Shown here: positions 23,309 through 36,621 of the stretch, piece by piece
Layout: each line of letters starts with the position of its first letter
Numbering within the stretch: the stretch's first letter is position 1
Origin: Chiloscyllium plagiosum
Lineage: Eukaryota
NCBI RefSeq assembly: GCF_004010195.1
Contig: NC_057719.1
Coordinates: forward strand, 39,844,872 to 39,908,871
Length of the DNA stretch: 64,000 nucleotides
Reading direction: 5' to 3'
Translations under genes and position numbers: made by a program
The notes under the pieces: model-generated
Database searches by the model: none
Told to the model about the DNA's origin: nothing
Seen by the model: the letters and a program-made list of their open reading frames with translations, nothing else

Positions 23309-26300
23309 GACATTGTGTGTTTTCAACCCATGTGTTTGTGTAGTAGTGTCGGGTTCATATTCCACCTGCTCCCCAGAGGTGTGTAATAGCATCTCTGAAC
23401 AGATCAGTTAAAAAGAACTCCAATAAAACAATAACTGATCACAAAGTTTATAAGAGCCCATTAATTGCACAGCAATCAAAAATTCTTCTTTAATGAGAAA
23501 TGGAAGAATACCAGTTTTTTGCTATTTTATTATCTCAGTCGAAACCAGTAACTTTGTTTAAGCCACTAGATTCCACGGTTTTAAACATGAGTTTTCACTA
23601 TTCAATATACTATTGAACAATTTTAAAATCATAACCAATTCCAATCTTCATATCCATACGCATCCATTTTCTGGCAATTGTCACTGCATAATGATTGGAA
23701 GTTGGAGGCCGTTTCCCTCCTTTCTCCTAACCCCAAGTCTGAGGCACTGAATCAATTTGTTGAGAAGATAAATCTTCTAGTCTGAATCACTCATTAACAC
23801 ACATCATGTAATTTTCTCCCAAACCATCTGAGGAGCTAGATTTTATTTTATTATCAACCACTCAAATAAAGTTAGAGTTTTATTGATGGTATTGTGTATG
23901 TATTGTATTAGATATTATTGGATTTGGAAACTGGTGAATCTCAGAAAATTCTTCATCTTTGTAGTATTTTCTCCACTTACTTTATTAGGAGCGAAGATAA
24001 GAAAATTGAGAAATTGAAATATTTGCTCGATTGGCTTTGCTATCAATTACAAGAGATACAATCTGACAATTTGAACAGAGAGATTGAATTATGGTTTCAT
24101 TATTTCTGAAACATGCATTTTATTACTTCTAAAATAAATGTGCACATTGCAGGGTGCCAAATCTCTGTTCTGCTTTTAAAGCTTTAGAGGTTTTAATTTC
24201 TTTTGTCCAGTTCGATTACTGGTCCATGGTGATTTCAAGACTAAGTGATGATGGTCCTCTAGGAGGTTGAGAGGTTACTGGGCATCTTCTTGTTTATTTG
24301 TGATCATTACCAAACCTTTATGTTGTGCAACTGTCTCCTACTACATTTTAGCTGATGACTAGATTTATGATGTAAATTAGCATGGGGTATTTCAGTATCT
24401 TTTGAGTTGCTTCTTTGCATATCATTGTGTAGACTGCTTGACAAATTTTAACTGTACTATCCGGCATTTCAATTTAAAGCCTATGTTAGCCCACGTTGGC
24501 TCTTCCTGGTTTCCTTGCCTCAAACTTTTCTGATTTTAACATAAGCCTCCTAACTGTATACATGCAAATCTTCACCACATTCATTATTACTCCGTTCTGC
24601 TAAACTGCAAGCTACTGCAAAGAGACATGAATTGAAATTTAAGTGAGAAAAAAATTACTACATAGTTAATATATAACTTCTTGTAGAGATTGTTAAATAT
24701 TGGGTAACCAACCAGGGATGTTATGTATGCAAAACTGTATTAGCTTTTTAATTGACAAGATTATTAAAGTGTAAAAAGTCTACAATCTTTTACTATGCCT
24801 CATAGAAAGTAGAAGACTCTGGGCCCTGACAACATGTTAAGCATTCAGCACTATAGCTAAGACCATAAGACACAGGAGCAGATGTAGGCCATTCAGCCCA
24901 TTGAATCTGTTCTGCTATGCATTGAGATCATGGCTGATCTGATAATTCTCAAATCCATTTTCCTGCCTTTTTCCCATAACGTGACTCTCTTCCTTATTAA
25001 AAACCCATCATGGCCTTGAATATATTTGACTCTACAGCCCTCTGTGATGGTGAATGCCATAGCTTCATTACTCTCTGAAAAAAGAAATTCCTTTACTCTG
25101 AGATTATGCCCTCTGGTCCTAGACTCTCCCACAACACCTGTGCTCTTGAACTAATAGTGGCTGTAACCAAGCTATTCCAGCAAAGCTACAACATGGTATC
25201 TATCTGACAAAATGGAAAATTGTCTAAATATATCCTGGACAAAGCCAATTACTGCCCTGAATCTATTCTCAGCCATCAACGATGAAAGATATCATCAAGA
25301 TATCAAGTAGCACTTGGATTTTGCCAGGACAAATCAGCTCCAAACCTCATTACAGACTTGATTCAAACTTGGATAAAGGAACCAAGTTCCAGGGTAAGGT
25401 GAAAATTATCGCCTTTAATATCAAGGCAGCATTTGATCAACTGTCACATTAGGGAGTCCAAGAAGAATTGAAATCAATGAGTATTGAATGCTCTCCACTG
25501 GTTGGAGTTATACGGAGCGCAAAGGAAAATAGTTGTAATTATTTGAGGTCTGCTATCTCTACCCAAGGACATTGATGGTAGAAGTGCTTCAGGGCAATGT
25601 CCTCAGAACAACTATCTACTTCATCAATGCTCTTCCTTTCATGTTAAGAACACAAGAAACATGTTGAGAATGCGATTAAAGATACATTTGTGATCTTTAA
25701 TTGTATAAATAGAGACATTGAGTAATAAAGAAAGGAAACCATTCTAAACACGTGAAAAGGATGCTCAGTAATACACAAATCTCTTCCATTCTGTTGATAC
25801 TTGCATGCCAAGTAGAATCGAATAAAGAAATGCTCCAGGTTTATTTTTTTGAAAAGTGCCCCTTTTGCCTTGCCACACATTCCTGTGGTTTCACAGCAAA
25901 TGAAGGTAGAATTATTTTTCACCACAAAGATACTTGGGACCTGAAAATTACTGCCTGAAAGAGTAGTAGATGCAAAAATCCTCAACATATTTATAAGGTC
26001 TCTGAATTTGCACCTAAAGTGCCGTAACCTGTAGGGATATGAACCAGATGCAGCAAACTGGGGTTAGGTTGAATATTTTGAAGAAGAGTCATTGGATTTG
26101 AAGTATTAACTTTGCTTTCTTCTCTCCACAGATGCTGCTAGACCTGCTGTGTTTCTCCAGCACTTTCCATTTTTTATTTCAGGCTCCTAGCGCAGTACTT
26201 GCTTTTATTAGGTTAGATAGCTTGTTGTTTTGGCTAGTGCAGACGTAGAGTCATAGAGTTGTACAGCACGGAAACAGACCGTTTTGTCCACACACCAGCC

Positions 26301-27374
26301 AGATATCCTAAATTAATCTCGTCCTATTTGCCGGCGTTTGGCCCAAATCCCTATAAATTTATCCTATTCAAGTACCCATCTAGATGCTTTTTAAATGCTG
26401 TAATCAGCCTCCACCATCTCCTCTGGCAGCTCACTCCATTCATGCACCACCCTCTGCATGAAAAGGTTCCCCTTAAGTCCCTTCTAAATCGTCCCCTCTT
26501 AATTTAAACCTATGCCCTCTAATTTTGGATTCCTCTACCCCGGGAAAAAGACCTTGACTGTTCAATCTATCCATGCCCTTCACGATTTATCACCTCTCTA
26601 AGGTAACCCCTCAGCCTCTGATGCTCCAGGAAAAATAGCCCTAATATCGTCAGCCTCTCCCTATAGGTCAAAGCCTCCAAACCTGGAAAAGTCCTTGTCG
26701 ATATTTTCTGCACCCTATCAAGTTTAATATCTTTCCTATAGGATAGAGACCAGAATTGAAGGCACTTTTCCAAAGTGGGTTAACCAATGTCCTGTACAGC
26801 CGCAACATGACATCCCAACTTCTATACTTAAAGCACTGACCAATAAAGGCAAGCATACCAAACGACTCCTCTATCAGGAATTATGAACCTGCGCTCCAAG
26901 ATCTCTTTGTTCAACAACACTCCCCAGAACTTTGCCATGAAGTGTATAAGTTCTGTCCTAATTTGTCTTACCAAAATGCAGGAACTCACATTTATTTAAA
27001 TTAAACTCCATCTGCCACTCTTCAGCTCATCTGATCGTGGTCCCATGTTCTCGGAGATAACCTCTTCACTGTCCACTACATCACCAATTTTGGTGTCATC
27101 TCCAGACTTACTAATCATTCCTCCTATATTCACACCCAAATCATGTATATACATGCCAAAAAGCATTGGACCCAGAACTAATCCTTGTAGCACGTTGCTG
27201 GTCATAGCCCTCCAGTCTGAGAAACCACCTTCTGTTTCCAACCCTCAAACCAATTTTGTATCCAAATGGCTTGTTCTCCCTGGATCTATGTGATTTAATC
27301 TTGCTACCAGTCTACCATGCAGAACCTTGTTGAACAGCTTGCTGAGGTCCATGTAGACAACATCCACTGTTCTT

Positions 27375-27698
27375 TTAGATTAGATTACATTAGATTACAT
27401 TACAGTGTGGAAACAGGCCCTTCGGCCCAACAAGTCCACACCGACCCGCCGAAGCGAAACCCACCCATACCCCTACATTTACCCCTTACCTAACACTACG
27501 GGCAATTTAGCATGGCCAATTCACCTGACCCTGCACATCTTTGGACTGTGGGAGGAAACCGGAGCACCCAGAGGAAACCCACGCAGACACGGGGAGAATG
27601 TGCAAACTCCACACAGTCAGTCGCCTGAGGCGGGAATTGAACCCGGGTCTCAGGCGCTGTGAGGCAGCAGTGCTAACCACTGTGTCACCGTGCAGCCC
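27375..27698 (-). mobile_element. HE1-type (V-SINE) tRNA-derived SINE
   Basis: Head GGGCTGCACGGTGACACAGTGGTTAGCACTGCTGCCTCACAGC with B-box GGTTCAATTCC, V-domain TGTGGAGTTTGCACATTCTCCCCGTGTCTGCGTGGGTTTCCTC, and (AATGTAATCT)n tail. Confidence 0.9.
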
Positions 27699-27803
27699 AC
27701 TCCTTCTGCCTTCATCAATCTTCTTTGTCACTGGAAAAAATTCAATCAAGTTAGTGACACACAATTTCCCAAGCACAAAGCCATGTGGACAATTCCTAAT
27801 GAG

Positions 27804-27944
27804 GTAAAAACGATGACTGCGGATGCTGAAAACCAGATTCTGGATCAGTGGTGATGGAAGAGCACAGCAATTCAGGCAGCATCCGACGAGCTGCTCATCG
27901 GATGCTGCCTGAATTGCTGTGCTCTTCCAGCACCACTGATCCAG
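27804..27944. mobile_element. Miniature fold-back PLE-end insertion
   Basis: 13-bp TSD aattcctaatgag at 27791-27803 and 27945-27957. Near-perfect hairpin 27837-27947; sequence matches the PLE end at 3826-3910. Confidence 0.88.
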
Positions 27945-28999
27945 AATTCCTAATGAGTCCTTGCCTTTCCAAATATTTGTAAATCCTGTCCCTCAGAATG
28001 CCCTACAACAATTTATTCACCGCTGATGTCAGATTCACTCGTCTATAGTTCCCTAGCTTTTCCTTCACACCTTTCTTAAATAATGGCACCTTGTTAGCTA
28101 GCCTCCAATCCTTCAGGACTTCACCCATGGCTATTGATGATACAAATTTCTCAACAAGGGGGCCTAGCAATCACTTTAGCTATGATGGTGGAACAAGTGG
28201 CTTCTTTCTGTGCAATTAATCATTATTGTGCTATTCATACCTTCTAGATACATCCTTTGTTCTTAGTTTACCCCATTACCATTCTCTTTGACATTGATCA
28301 ACATTAATCTGTTGCTGAGATGGGCCTCCTGGTTGTGGGCCCAGTGGCAAAAAGTTGGCACCTAAAGTGTGGCGACTCCTACGTTGGTGGGTATGGCACA
28401 GGCAGTGGTGAAGCTGTGGAGGTCTCTCAGTTACTGGAGGCTAGGTGATGGCATGGACTGACTTGGAAAGACTGTTATTCAGAGTTTCTTAAAATTATTT
28501 TTCTAATTTAGTCCTATGATTTGTAATGCTGGACGTTTTATTTCTCTTTTTTTCTCCTAAGAGTATATTATTTAAAAATCTGTACCTAGGTACCTTTGTA
28601 CTTAAGATGTGCTGTATTGGGGCGACTTGTAAACTTTTCATTGTATTCATTTGAATACATGTGACAATAAAGCTAATTCAATTCAACATTGCTTACTCCC
28701 TGTCCACATAGTATGAACATAGTTTTAACATACATATTTAAATCAACCTTTCATGGCATATCTACATGGCAGGTGGGACTTGGACATGGCCCTCCTGAGC
28801 AAGAGGTACTCAAGATGCAACCACTGCACCACATGAACCCCCTTCCCCCTCCAAAAAAAGTTTTAATCAGCATGTTCAAAAATATGACACCTTTTGGGCA
28901 GGTGAGACTTGCGCTTCTAAGAGATGGTCTAGAGCTAAGAACACACTATGCGCCTCAAGATCCCTAATTTTCTGTTTCCATGTTAACACAAACTCCCCC

Positions 29000-29178
29000 A
29001 TAGATGCTGGAAATCAGAAACAAAAACAGAAATTGCTGGAAAAAAATCAGCAGGTCTGGCAACGTCTGTTCTTGCGTTCGGAAGAAGGGTCACCGGACCC
29101 GAAACGTTAACTGTTTTCTTTCTACCGATGCTACCAGACCTGCTGAGTTTTTTCCAGCAATTTCTATTTTTGTTTCCA
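29000..29178. mobile_element. Fold-back PLE-end element with hammerhead-like motif at 29079-29108
   Basis: Inverted arms gaaacaaaaacagaaattgctgg / ccagcaatttctatttttgtttc. Motif CGGAAGA-A-GGGTC-ACCG-GACCC-GAAA-CGTT. Related single ends at about 22305-22435, 26078-26205 and 39185-39285. Confidence 0.75.
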
Positions 29179-29399
29179 GACCTTTCATTCCCCTTGAACA
29201 TGACAAAAAGGAACAAGTAGTCGGTTGAGTTGAAAGATCACTGACTGCACACTTAGGTAAACAAATTAAGTACAGTATTGACAGCATCCTATCCTAAAGG
29301 GCAATGCATTTTTGTGTGAGTTCAGCAAACATAGAAATATGCTGAGTCGAACATGCTTTACCGGGAAAACGAGCCAAAGCACATTCCAGCCTGTGACCT

Positions 29400-30090
29400 C
29401 ATAATCGTCAGTGCCTGGCTAAGGGCGGGACCAGGGACGCGCGCCCAGTCCAAGAGCCGTGGTGGAGTGCACGAGCACCGTTAGTCCAGGAGCGGCGCGC
29501 GTGCGCGGCAGGCGGGGAGGTGTGACCGTGCGTTCTTCGAGGGGAGAAACATGGATGCGCGTGCACCGCCTGCGTGTGGTGCATGTCCGCGTAGTTCCGG
29601 AGACGGGGCAGGGCTGCTCGTGCACAGAGGTTTAGGGACGAGGACGGGTCTGGTGGCAGGCAAACACTGACGTGAGGAGTTGCCGGTTAGGGAGGAGCCG
29701 CCATCTTTTGCTGTGAATCCGCGGGGGGCTGGGGGCAGAGTGAGGGGCGAATACGGTTCAGAAATAAAATCTGGAACAATTCATTATAGGGTTACATTGG
29801 CATGATAATATTGGCGAACGTCTGTAACAGTAATATTAAAAGCCCTGCTCGGAGTGAAGTGACATCGTGATATTCTCACACTTAGTGAGGTTCTGGGTGT
29901 AGCAGACTCCCTTTTTTAAAAAAAAGAACCGGATCGGAAAAAGACGTCGCTGCCGGTGAAAACGAAACCGCGTTTATTCACTGACGCCCGTTTCATTTCC
30001 CCATCTCACTTTCCCGGCCTGACAGGAAACGCTGCTGACTGTACATCCTCGCACTGAGATCGGACCATCAATTTGAAGCAAACGGTAACT
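29400..30090 (+). promoter_or_regulatory. CpG island, probable KLC1 promoter and non-coding first exon
   Basis: The only strongly CpG-rich non-repeat segment in the window. GC box GGGCGG 29423-29428, CGCGCG/TGCGCG tracts, CRE-like TGACGTGA 29668-29675, YY1-like GCCGCCATCTT 29697-29707. Candidate donor AACG|gtaact at 30084/30085. Confidence 0.7.
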
Positions 30091-32175
30091 AGGTTTTCAG
30101 GGTGGTCGAGGGTGTGCATGTGTAATTCTGTCACTTTCAGGTGTGGCCAGTGAGCTGTCGATCTGCTTGATTTCTGAAAGTGGTAGCGAGAACTAATTCC
30201 ATGTAAAGAGTCCGCCGAGTGCGTTCTTGTATTTAATTCTTGTTCAGTGATTTAGTGAGGAACAAGCGAAGCTGCTGTCTTACTTTCGGATTAGGGTACT
30301 GTTGATGCCACGTGTTTATGGAACTGATTCTGGATGTTTTGATATTTGATACGTTGATGGAAATTTATGTTAATACATCTTTTGAGTTGAATAACGTTAA
30401 TAGTTCTTGGAATTGCAAATCGCAGGATTGGAGACCTAATCCAGTCATATTTTGCGGCCTGAACAAGGTTTTGGCGGTGGTGTAATGTGACTCATTTCCT
30501 TGTAAAATGAGGAAATATCAGTGTTGTTGTACGGACTGGTGGGATTAGTTCTACTGAATTGCTGCTGTTAACATTTTACAACATGATAAACAAATCTGCT
30601 CGACAATTAGTAGAAACTATGGTTGGAAATGATTTTGTTCAGTTTTTGTCGGACCTTGGGATTACTATTACGTGAGCTGCAGGCAAACTGGTATAGGATA
30701 AATAAAGTCAAGGAATTAAATGCGTGATTCAGATTGACATGGGAGGAATGGACATGGGGCAGACCCGGTGGGATAGGTTTCACTTGGAAGTGTTCTTGGA
30801 AGTGCATGATTATGGTTGTAGAAGGGCTTTCTACTAGATGGGAGTAGGGTGATGGTAGGTGGTGTGTTCTGGAGGGCGATAGATAGATAACCCTACAAAC
30901 AAAACAAGAGGATGTGGCAGCAATGTAACAGCAACTTGCATAACGATATACGGTGGGTCAAGAAGGGGGGAAAAAAGAGTAGACCAAAAATAAGCAATAG
31001 GGTCAAATGGATAAAGATATTAGTGACTTGTTAATGACTTTAATATTCACAGCAAAATAAATGAATTAATAGCACAAATAGAATGAATGAGTATGATATT
31101 CTAGCCATTGGAAAGATATGGTTACTAGGAGTTCAAACTAGGAGCATCAGAGGCAGTGGGATGACCTGACAGAAGTATATAAAATTTTGAGGCACGAATA
31201 ATTGGAGTCTTTTTTTTTCCCCCACAGTGGGAAAACTAGAGGACTTAGGCTTAAGATGAGAGGAGGTCAATTTAAAGGAAATGTGGGAGGCAGGTTTTTT
31301 TGTACAGAGGCTAGTAGGTGCCAGATACACACTGCCATAGGTGGTAGTTGAAGCAGATATGGTGACAACATTTTAGAGGTATTTAGACACGCAAACAGGC
31401 AGGGACTAGTGGGATATGGACCTGTGTTAAACTGTTCTCTGTTCTATTTTCCACATTAACAAACTATTTAAAGGTATATGACTTTTCAAAAGGGCAGGCA
31501 GGAAGGGAAGAGTGGTTGCTAGTTTTGAGAGTATGAAATAGATAAATGCAAATGCAAGAAATAATCTTGAATTGAATGATGTAGAATCTATATTGGTACA
31601 AGTAAGAAATAACAAGAGGAGGAAGGCACTGGTGGGAATAGCCTATTGCAACCACAATCTTTCTCAAAAAAAAGTCTTGGCTATTACACCAAGACAGATT
31701 AAATCCGGAGATAATGAGGGCATGTAAAAAGTAATCATGGATGATTATGCAGACTGGGGAAAATCAAATTGCCAAGTGGCTATTAGAAAGAATTCATAGT
31801 GTATTCAAGACAGTTTCCTCAAACAATATATTTTGGATCCAACCAGGGATCAAGTTATTTTGTATCTTGAAAACAGTGATCATAATATAGTAAAATTTTG
31901 CATTCAGTTTGAGCTTGAAAAACTTCAGTTGGGTCCTCTGGAATTCATGGATTGCATCCTAGCATATTCACTGGGATGTTGCCTGGGATGAAAAGTCTGT
32001 TATGAATAGAGACTGGATAGACTGGGTTTTTTCCCCCATGGAGTGGTGAAGGCTGAGCTGAGGATATGATATGATTGAGGTATACAGAATTGTGAGAAGA
32101 CATAGTGATTCATGAGCATCCCCCCCCCCCCCCCCCCCCCCGATGGCACATACCTCTAATACAAGATGTAAGTTT

Positions 32176-34369
32176 GTTTTTGTAAATATATTTATTAGCA
32201 AACTTTTTTTAACTTTACAAACATATAAAATCATTGAAAAATACAATCAATAACAAATATCAGTATAATAAAAAGAAAAAAAAATGCAAATTAGAATACA
32301 ACTACTGTCTACTAACTATTAACCTACCCTATAATACAAGACAAGCCCTAACACTGTGTAAAGCAGCACCAACAAAAAAAAGAAAAGCAAAAAACAACAT
32401 GAAATACAGAACAGCTATGCCGGCGCAAAGCTCCCAAACAAAGGAACGGGAGCATTGTATGTATACTCGTATTAACTCAGGAGACACCCTCCAGGGCCCA
32501 AAGCTTGACAAATCTAACCATCCTGGTTAAACAAACACCCTAGTTAAGATAATTGACAAATCTATATCGAAATAACTCAAGTAGGGCTGCCATGTCTTAT
32601 AAAAATGGTCTGTTGTGTGGTGCACCATGTTTGTAAAAATAAAAGTCCAAGGGAATGTGCTTCATAACTAATTTTAGATTACATTACAGTGTGGAAACAG
32701 GCCCTTCGACCCAACAAGTCCACACCGACCCGCCGAAGCATAACCCACCTATACCCCTACATTTACCCCTTACCTAACACTACGGGCAATTTAGCATGGC
32801 CAATTCACCTGACCTGCACATCTTTGGACTGTGGGAGGAAACCCACACAGACACGGGGAGAACGTGCAAACTCCACACAGTCAGTCGCCTGAGGCGGGTC
32901 TCTGGCGCTGCGAGGCAGCAGTGCTAACCACTGTGCCACCGTGCTGCCCATTTCTGCCATCCCAGCAAACCCGGCGGGTTCTCAGACACCCAATTCATCA
33001 GAATATTCTTCTGTGCACAGTATGCAAGAACATCAAATAGTTTCTTCCCATGCCTGTCTAAAGATGGTAAATTTGGTAGACCTAAGAGGAGACATATCGG
33101 GTCTACTTTGATTTCAGTCCTCCATACCCTCCCTATCTCTCCTGCCACATCACTTCAGTAAACACGGAGCCTGTGGCATGTCCAGAAGCAATGGGTAAGA
33201 GTACCTGCACTTATTTTACCTTTGGGGCACACTGAAGATGTCCCTTTTTTAAACTTCACCAGACGGTCTGGTGCCAGATGAGCCCTGTGAAGAACTTGTA
33301 ACTGCGTAGCGCATGTCCTATTACAGATTGAGATCTTTCTAGTGTTCTCCCATGTTTCAGAAGAGATCTCCACTCCTAGCTTTTGCTCCCAGACCTCTCA
33401 TAACCGGTTAATATCCTGCCAGGCCCTGCCACCCAGCAGGCGATAGAGGGCACTAACCGAAAGGGTGCTTGTGGAACGTAGCAACTACCTCTCTGTAGTG
33501 GGCTTGTAGGACTTAGTGAGCAGCAAAGTTGCCTTCTGGATGAAATCCCTAATCTGAAAAAAAAATGGAAAGGATCTCTGCTGGGTAACCCGTATTTGCA
33601 GCTCAGTTGCTTAAAAGACATCATAACCTCCCCCTCAAAAAAAGTCTCCCAAACTAGAAACTCCTCTCACTGCCCATAGTTTGAACACTGAGTCCATCAT
33701 CCCTGGTTGGAACCCTGACATGCCAACTATAGGTGTAAGTAGCGAAGTCTTGGATAAACAACCCTCACTCTGCATCGTCCTCCATGCCTTGACTGTACTA
33801 ATGACAATGGGGTTCTGGCAGTGGTCCATAACTGTCCTCATCTTATCTATGAACGACAGATTAATAAGAGGGCACTTTGCTTGGGAGGCCTCAATATCCA
33901 GCCATATTGAGTTTGGATCATTACCTACCCAGTCGCAGACAAAGGACAGCAGGGAACTCAATTGATACCTTTTGATGTCTGGGAAATCAACTCCTCTTCC
34001 TCCTTGAGGCAATTGCAATTTAGTAAGTTTGATGAGGGACTGCCCACGATGCCAAAGGAACCAAACCACCCCATAAGCTTCTGCAGCGTTGACCTGGGAA
34101 ACATTATAGGGAACATACGCATAGGATAAAGCAAACGAGGAAGAACGTTCATCTTAATGAGAGATATTCGGCCTAGCTATGAAATTGGAAGAGCCTCCCA
34201 TCTCTGGAGATCTTGCCTAATATTGTTGAGCAAGTGAGCAAAGTTAGTCCGAAATTACAGGGCAAACTTGGGGGTAATAAAAATGCCTAGGTATCGGAAT
34301 CCTGCCAGTGACTACTTGAAAAGGAACTTAGGGCCACCTTCAACTTCTGGCACCTTTTAAGGTTCCAAG
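32176..34369 (-). mobile_element. 5'-truncated L1-clade LINE (ORF2 C-terminal half and 3' UTR)
   Basis: MNVLPRLLY, KLQLP..GG..FPD and CPK....GTLTHCFWTC motifs. AATAAA and A-rich end near 32180-32195. 13-bp TSD aagatgtaagttt at 32163-32175 and 34370-34382, inside a CR1. Confidence 0.88.
32674..32949 (-). mobile_element. HE1-type SINE with small internal deletions, inserted in the L1
   Basis: Near-identical to 27375-27698. Confidence 0.9.
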
Positions 34370-34592
34370 AAGATGTAAGTTTAAGATGAGTATTTAGCTT
34401 AGAGGTGATCTAAGAGAAGATGTTTTCATCCAGAGGGTTATAAAAATATGGAACCTCCTGTCTACCAGGGTGGTAGAGGCAGGTACTTTTACAACATTTT
34501 AAAGCATCTGGATAAGCACTTAAAATGTCGGAACGGAGTAGGTTACGGACCGAGTGCAGGTAAATGGGATTACTGTGGTTTGGTGTTTGTTG

Positions 34593-35740
34593 TACAAAGT
34601 TAAAAATCACACAACGCCAAGTTATCGTCCAACAGGTATAATTGGAAGCACACTAGCTTTCGGAGTGTTGCTCCTTCATCAGGTGGTAGTGGAGGGCTCA
34701 ATCCTAACACACAGAATTTATAGCAAAAATTTACAGTGTGATGTAACTGAAATTATACATTGAAAAATTGATTGTCTGTGAAGCCTTTCATCTGTTAGAA
34801 TACCGTGATCATTTCACTTCTTCCATGTGTAAATCACAAAACCTTTTTTTAAAAAGTTGCATTCTCGGGTTAGCTGTTAACAATGGTGCTAGCTAGACAA
34901 TATGTTGAAGGTGTTGGCCTCCTGTGTTCTCTGTCTATGCCATGATGTTTAGATTGATCCTAATCTAATAAGTCAGATAACGGAGTTCTACATGAATGCA
35001 TGCAGTTTTTGAGCAAAGTACAATGTAACCCTGCAAGTACAAATTCACCCCACAAAATATATGTGCTTGTGGGTCTTTGTGTGTGTGTGTGTCTGTCTGT
35101 CTGGGTTGGGGGTTGTGAGTGTAAGAAAGTGTATGTATGTGTGTGTAGTGAGTGCAGAGTGTCTTAAGTCTATGAGGGGGTGCGTGTGGGAGTGTGTGTT
35201 TCTGTAAGTATGTGTGTAGGTGTCTGTATGCACGTCTGTGTATATGCGTGTTCGTGTGTATAGGAGTGCCTGTGTGTGTGTGTAGGAGTATCTGTGTGTA
35301 TGTGTATTGTGCAATGGTGGTCACCTGTAATGTGACATGAACCCAAGGTCCCGGTTGAGGCCATTCCTATGGGTACTGAACTTGGCTATCAGCCTCTGCT
35401 AGGCCACTTTTCTCTGCTGCCTGTCCCGAAGTCCACCTTGGAGGATGGTCACCCAAAGGTCCGAGGTGAGTGTCCTGGACCATTGAAGTGTTCCCCAACT
35501 GGGAGGGAACACAACTGTCTGTTTGTTGTGCAGTGCCCATTCATCCGTTGTCGTTGCCTTTGCTCGGTTTCCCCAATGTACCATGCCTCTGGGCATCCTT
35601 GCCTGCAATGTATAAGATAGACAATGTAGGCTGAGTCACATGAGTACCTGCAATGTACAAGGTGGGCAGTGTCCCCGCGCGTAATGGTGATATCTATGTC
35701 CACACTTTGACACGTCTTGCAGTGCCTACTGTGACAGGGT
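34593..35740 (-). mobile_element. Neptune-like PLE 3' part: Cys-rich linker, GIY-YIG, (CA)-rich 3' UTR and hammerhead
   Basis: PCHSRHCKTC...SCDSAYIVYLIHC...WYIGETEQ...RMNGH...VGEHFN. TG-rich tract at about 35075-35310. 9-bp TSD tgtttgttg at 34584-34592 and 35741-35749. Confidence 0.88.
34654..34682 (-). ncRNA. Minimal hammerhead ribozyme motif
   Basis: cac-CTGATGA-A-GGAG-CAACA-CTCC-GAAA-GCTA-gtg: intact core, stem II, AGCT palindrome and a 3-bp stem I. Confidence 0.8.
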
Positions 35741-36621
35741 TGTTTGTTGGTTGGTATAGACATGGGCTGAAGGGCCCTTTCCTATCCTCTACTGTATGAC
35801 TGCAAAGGAAACAGCAGAGATAATGGGTGCACTGGTAATAATTTTCCAATAATCCTTATGTTGTGGAAAAGCCCCTAAACAATTACTGCTACTGCTAATA
35901 TAATTCTGTTATTCAGAAGGGATGGAGACAAAAAAAGGTAACTGTAGGCCAGTGAGCTTAATATATGCATTGGGAAAATGTCTTTTGTAAATGATGTAAA
36001 ACATTCAGAAATATGCAGTACAATGTAGGAGAGTCAATGTGGTTTCAAGAAGAAGAATTTATGATTGACAAATTTATTACAATTCTTTGAGGAAGTAACA
36101 AGATAAATTAAGTGGGAACAGTAGATACAATATATTTGGATTTCCAAAATACATTGAATAAAGTACTGCACGTAAGGCTACTTAATTAGTTAGGTGCCAT
36201 GTTGAGATTAGTATATTAGCATGGATAGAAGATTGACTAATTAATAGAAGAGGGATAAGGGAGGTATTTTCAGGATGGCAACCTGTAACTAGTGGAGGAA
36301 TCAGTGTTGGATTGCATTTATTTATAATCTACATTAATAAACTTGGATGAAGGATGTGAATACACTATCGTGAAGTTTGTGGATGACACAAAATTGATGG
36401 GAGGGCAGGTGAGAATGGCACAGTCTGCAGAGGGATATTGACAGATTGAAGGTGGTTAAAAACTTGGCAGCTGAATATAATGTGGGAAATGGGAGATCAT
36501 GGCAGGAAGAATAGAAGAACGAATATTATTTAAATAGAAACATAAAGCTATAGAATAAAAGGATTTTGGCGTCCACATGCATGTCACAAAAACTGACTCC
36601 AAGTTGAATGGCACCAAAGAA

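Larger units (their letters stand above)
26246..28170 (-). mobile_element. Degenerate CR1 RT/3' region hosting an HE1 SINE and a PLE hairpin
   Basis: QGLVLGPMLF...SKSGDDTK and LAFIGQCFKYRSWDVMLRLYRTLV motifs; ctctatgactcta tail at the left end. Confidence 0.88.

Noticed and set aside
27625..27698. tRNA gene
   Set aside because: The A/B boxes are the head of an HE1 SINE and continue into its V-domain; no complete cloverleaf was seen.
34965..35364. His/Thr-rich ORFs (also 51996-52220)
   Set aside because: They are translations of CA-rich repeat tracts.
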